From Spirochaetia bacterium (lineage in GTDB: Bacteria > Spirochaetota > Spirochaetia > SZUA-6 > Bin103): a DNA stretch of 64,000 nucleotides. Of the stretch, positions 63,409-64,000 are shown one piece after another; position 1 is the first letter of the stretch; each line of letters starts with the position of its first letter. Under the pieces are notes generated by a model. It made no database searches. It had not been told where the DNA came from and saw only the letters and a list, made by a program, of their open reading frames with translations. The stretch lies in assembly GCA_965203905.1 (NCBI GenBank), contig CBDBDQ010000005.1:1792001-1856000 (forward strand), read 5' to 3'. The position numbers and the translations under genes are program-made.

Positions 63409-64000
63409 CTACAGCGTGAACTGCTGGCGGACTTTGCCGGTGCCGACGAATTGGGAGAGCAGGCGATAGTCCTGGCGTTCGAACCGGATCCGGCCCGCAA
63501 CCGTCGCGGGGTGGACCTGCAGGTGGTGGGCGAGACTCATGACGCCCAACGGTGTCGGATGGTTCCGCACCGGGCTGGTTTCCCATTCGGCGCTCGGGAT
63601 GAGCGCCTCGGCGGCCCATTCGTCGGCTTCTGCTTCGCGCTGGTCTTCCACTCCTGGTTGCGGCTTGCGGAGCGTCAGGTCATCCACGAACGCGGTGCCG
63701 GTGTCGTGGTCCAAGTGACGGCCCACGTGCGCCAGCTCGTGGAGCAGGCAGAACCAGAAGCTGTCGATTCGGTCGTTGCGCAGGGTGAGCGCGACTACCG
63801 GCCGGCCGTCGCCGAGGCGCAGCGCGGCTCCGTCGAGATAGGTCCGTGGCAGATGCCGCTCGATGATCAGCGGGATTCCGTGTTGTGCGAGAAACTCCTG
63901 GGCGCCGCGGGGGCCGTTCTCCGACCAGCTCAATCGCACGACCTGCCTCAGGAACTCCAACGTGACGGTACCGCGTTCGTATGCGGCGTTCGGTGGGGTG
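63409..64000 (-). CDS. HigA-type/ImmA-IrrE Zn metallopeptidase-domain protein (5' end outside the window)
   Basis: YLDGAA, DSFWFCLLHELAH, EAEADEWA. Confidence 0.85.
   Translation of the reverse strand, partial: TPPNAAYERGTVTLEFLRQVVRLSWSENGPRGAQEFLAQHGIPLIIERHLPRTYLDGAALRLGDGRPVVALTLRNDRIDSFWFCLLHELAHVGRHLDHDTGTAFVDDLTLRKPQPGVEDQREAEADEWAAEALIPSAEWETSPVRNHPTPLGVMSLAHHLQVHPATVAGRIRFERQDYRLLSQFVGTGKVRQQFTL

Overview
High-GC bacterial chromosomal window, probably from a Spirochaetota member. This is inferred from a spirochaete-type FlgM, the nif3-lspA-small membrane protein block and an 'LFAGG' signal peptide. The left half is respiratory/TCA: a Rieske/cytochrome b6/subunit IV complex with a multiheme cytochrome c (at least 6 CxxCH; missed by the ORF track), ferredoxins, ferredoxin-NADP reductase, an HCF101-like Fe-S carrier, two divergent citrate synthase genes, sdhCAB split by two cupredoxin-like paralogues, fumC and mdh. 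These are followed by a folate operon, housekeeping genes, tRNA-Ala(GGC) and several decayed defence/toxin-antitoxin relics. Three observations stand out. (1) Two inverted copies of a ~2.1 kb element encode only a DUF222-like/HNH protein. One copy has imperfect terminal inverted repeats and an exact 7-bp target-site duplication, and both share a long conserved non-coding arm, so it behaves like an insertion sequence without a recognisable transposase. (2) An unannotated 59-aa bacterial histone (Bd0055-like) lies at 52963-53142. (3) A ~100-nt structured repeat occurs beside both the histone gene and a histone-deacetylase-family gene. All calls come from reading the sequence; no searches were run.
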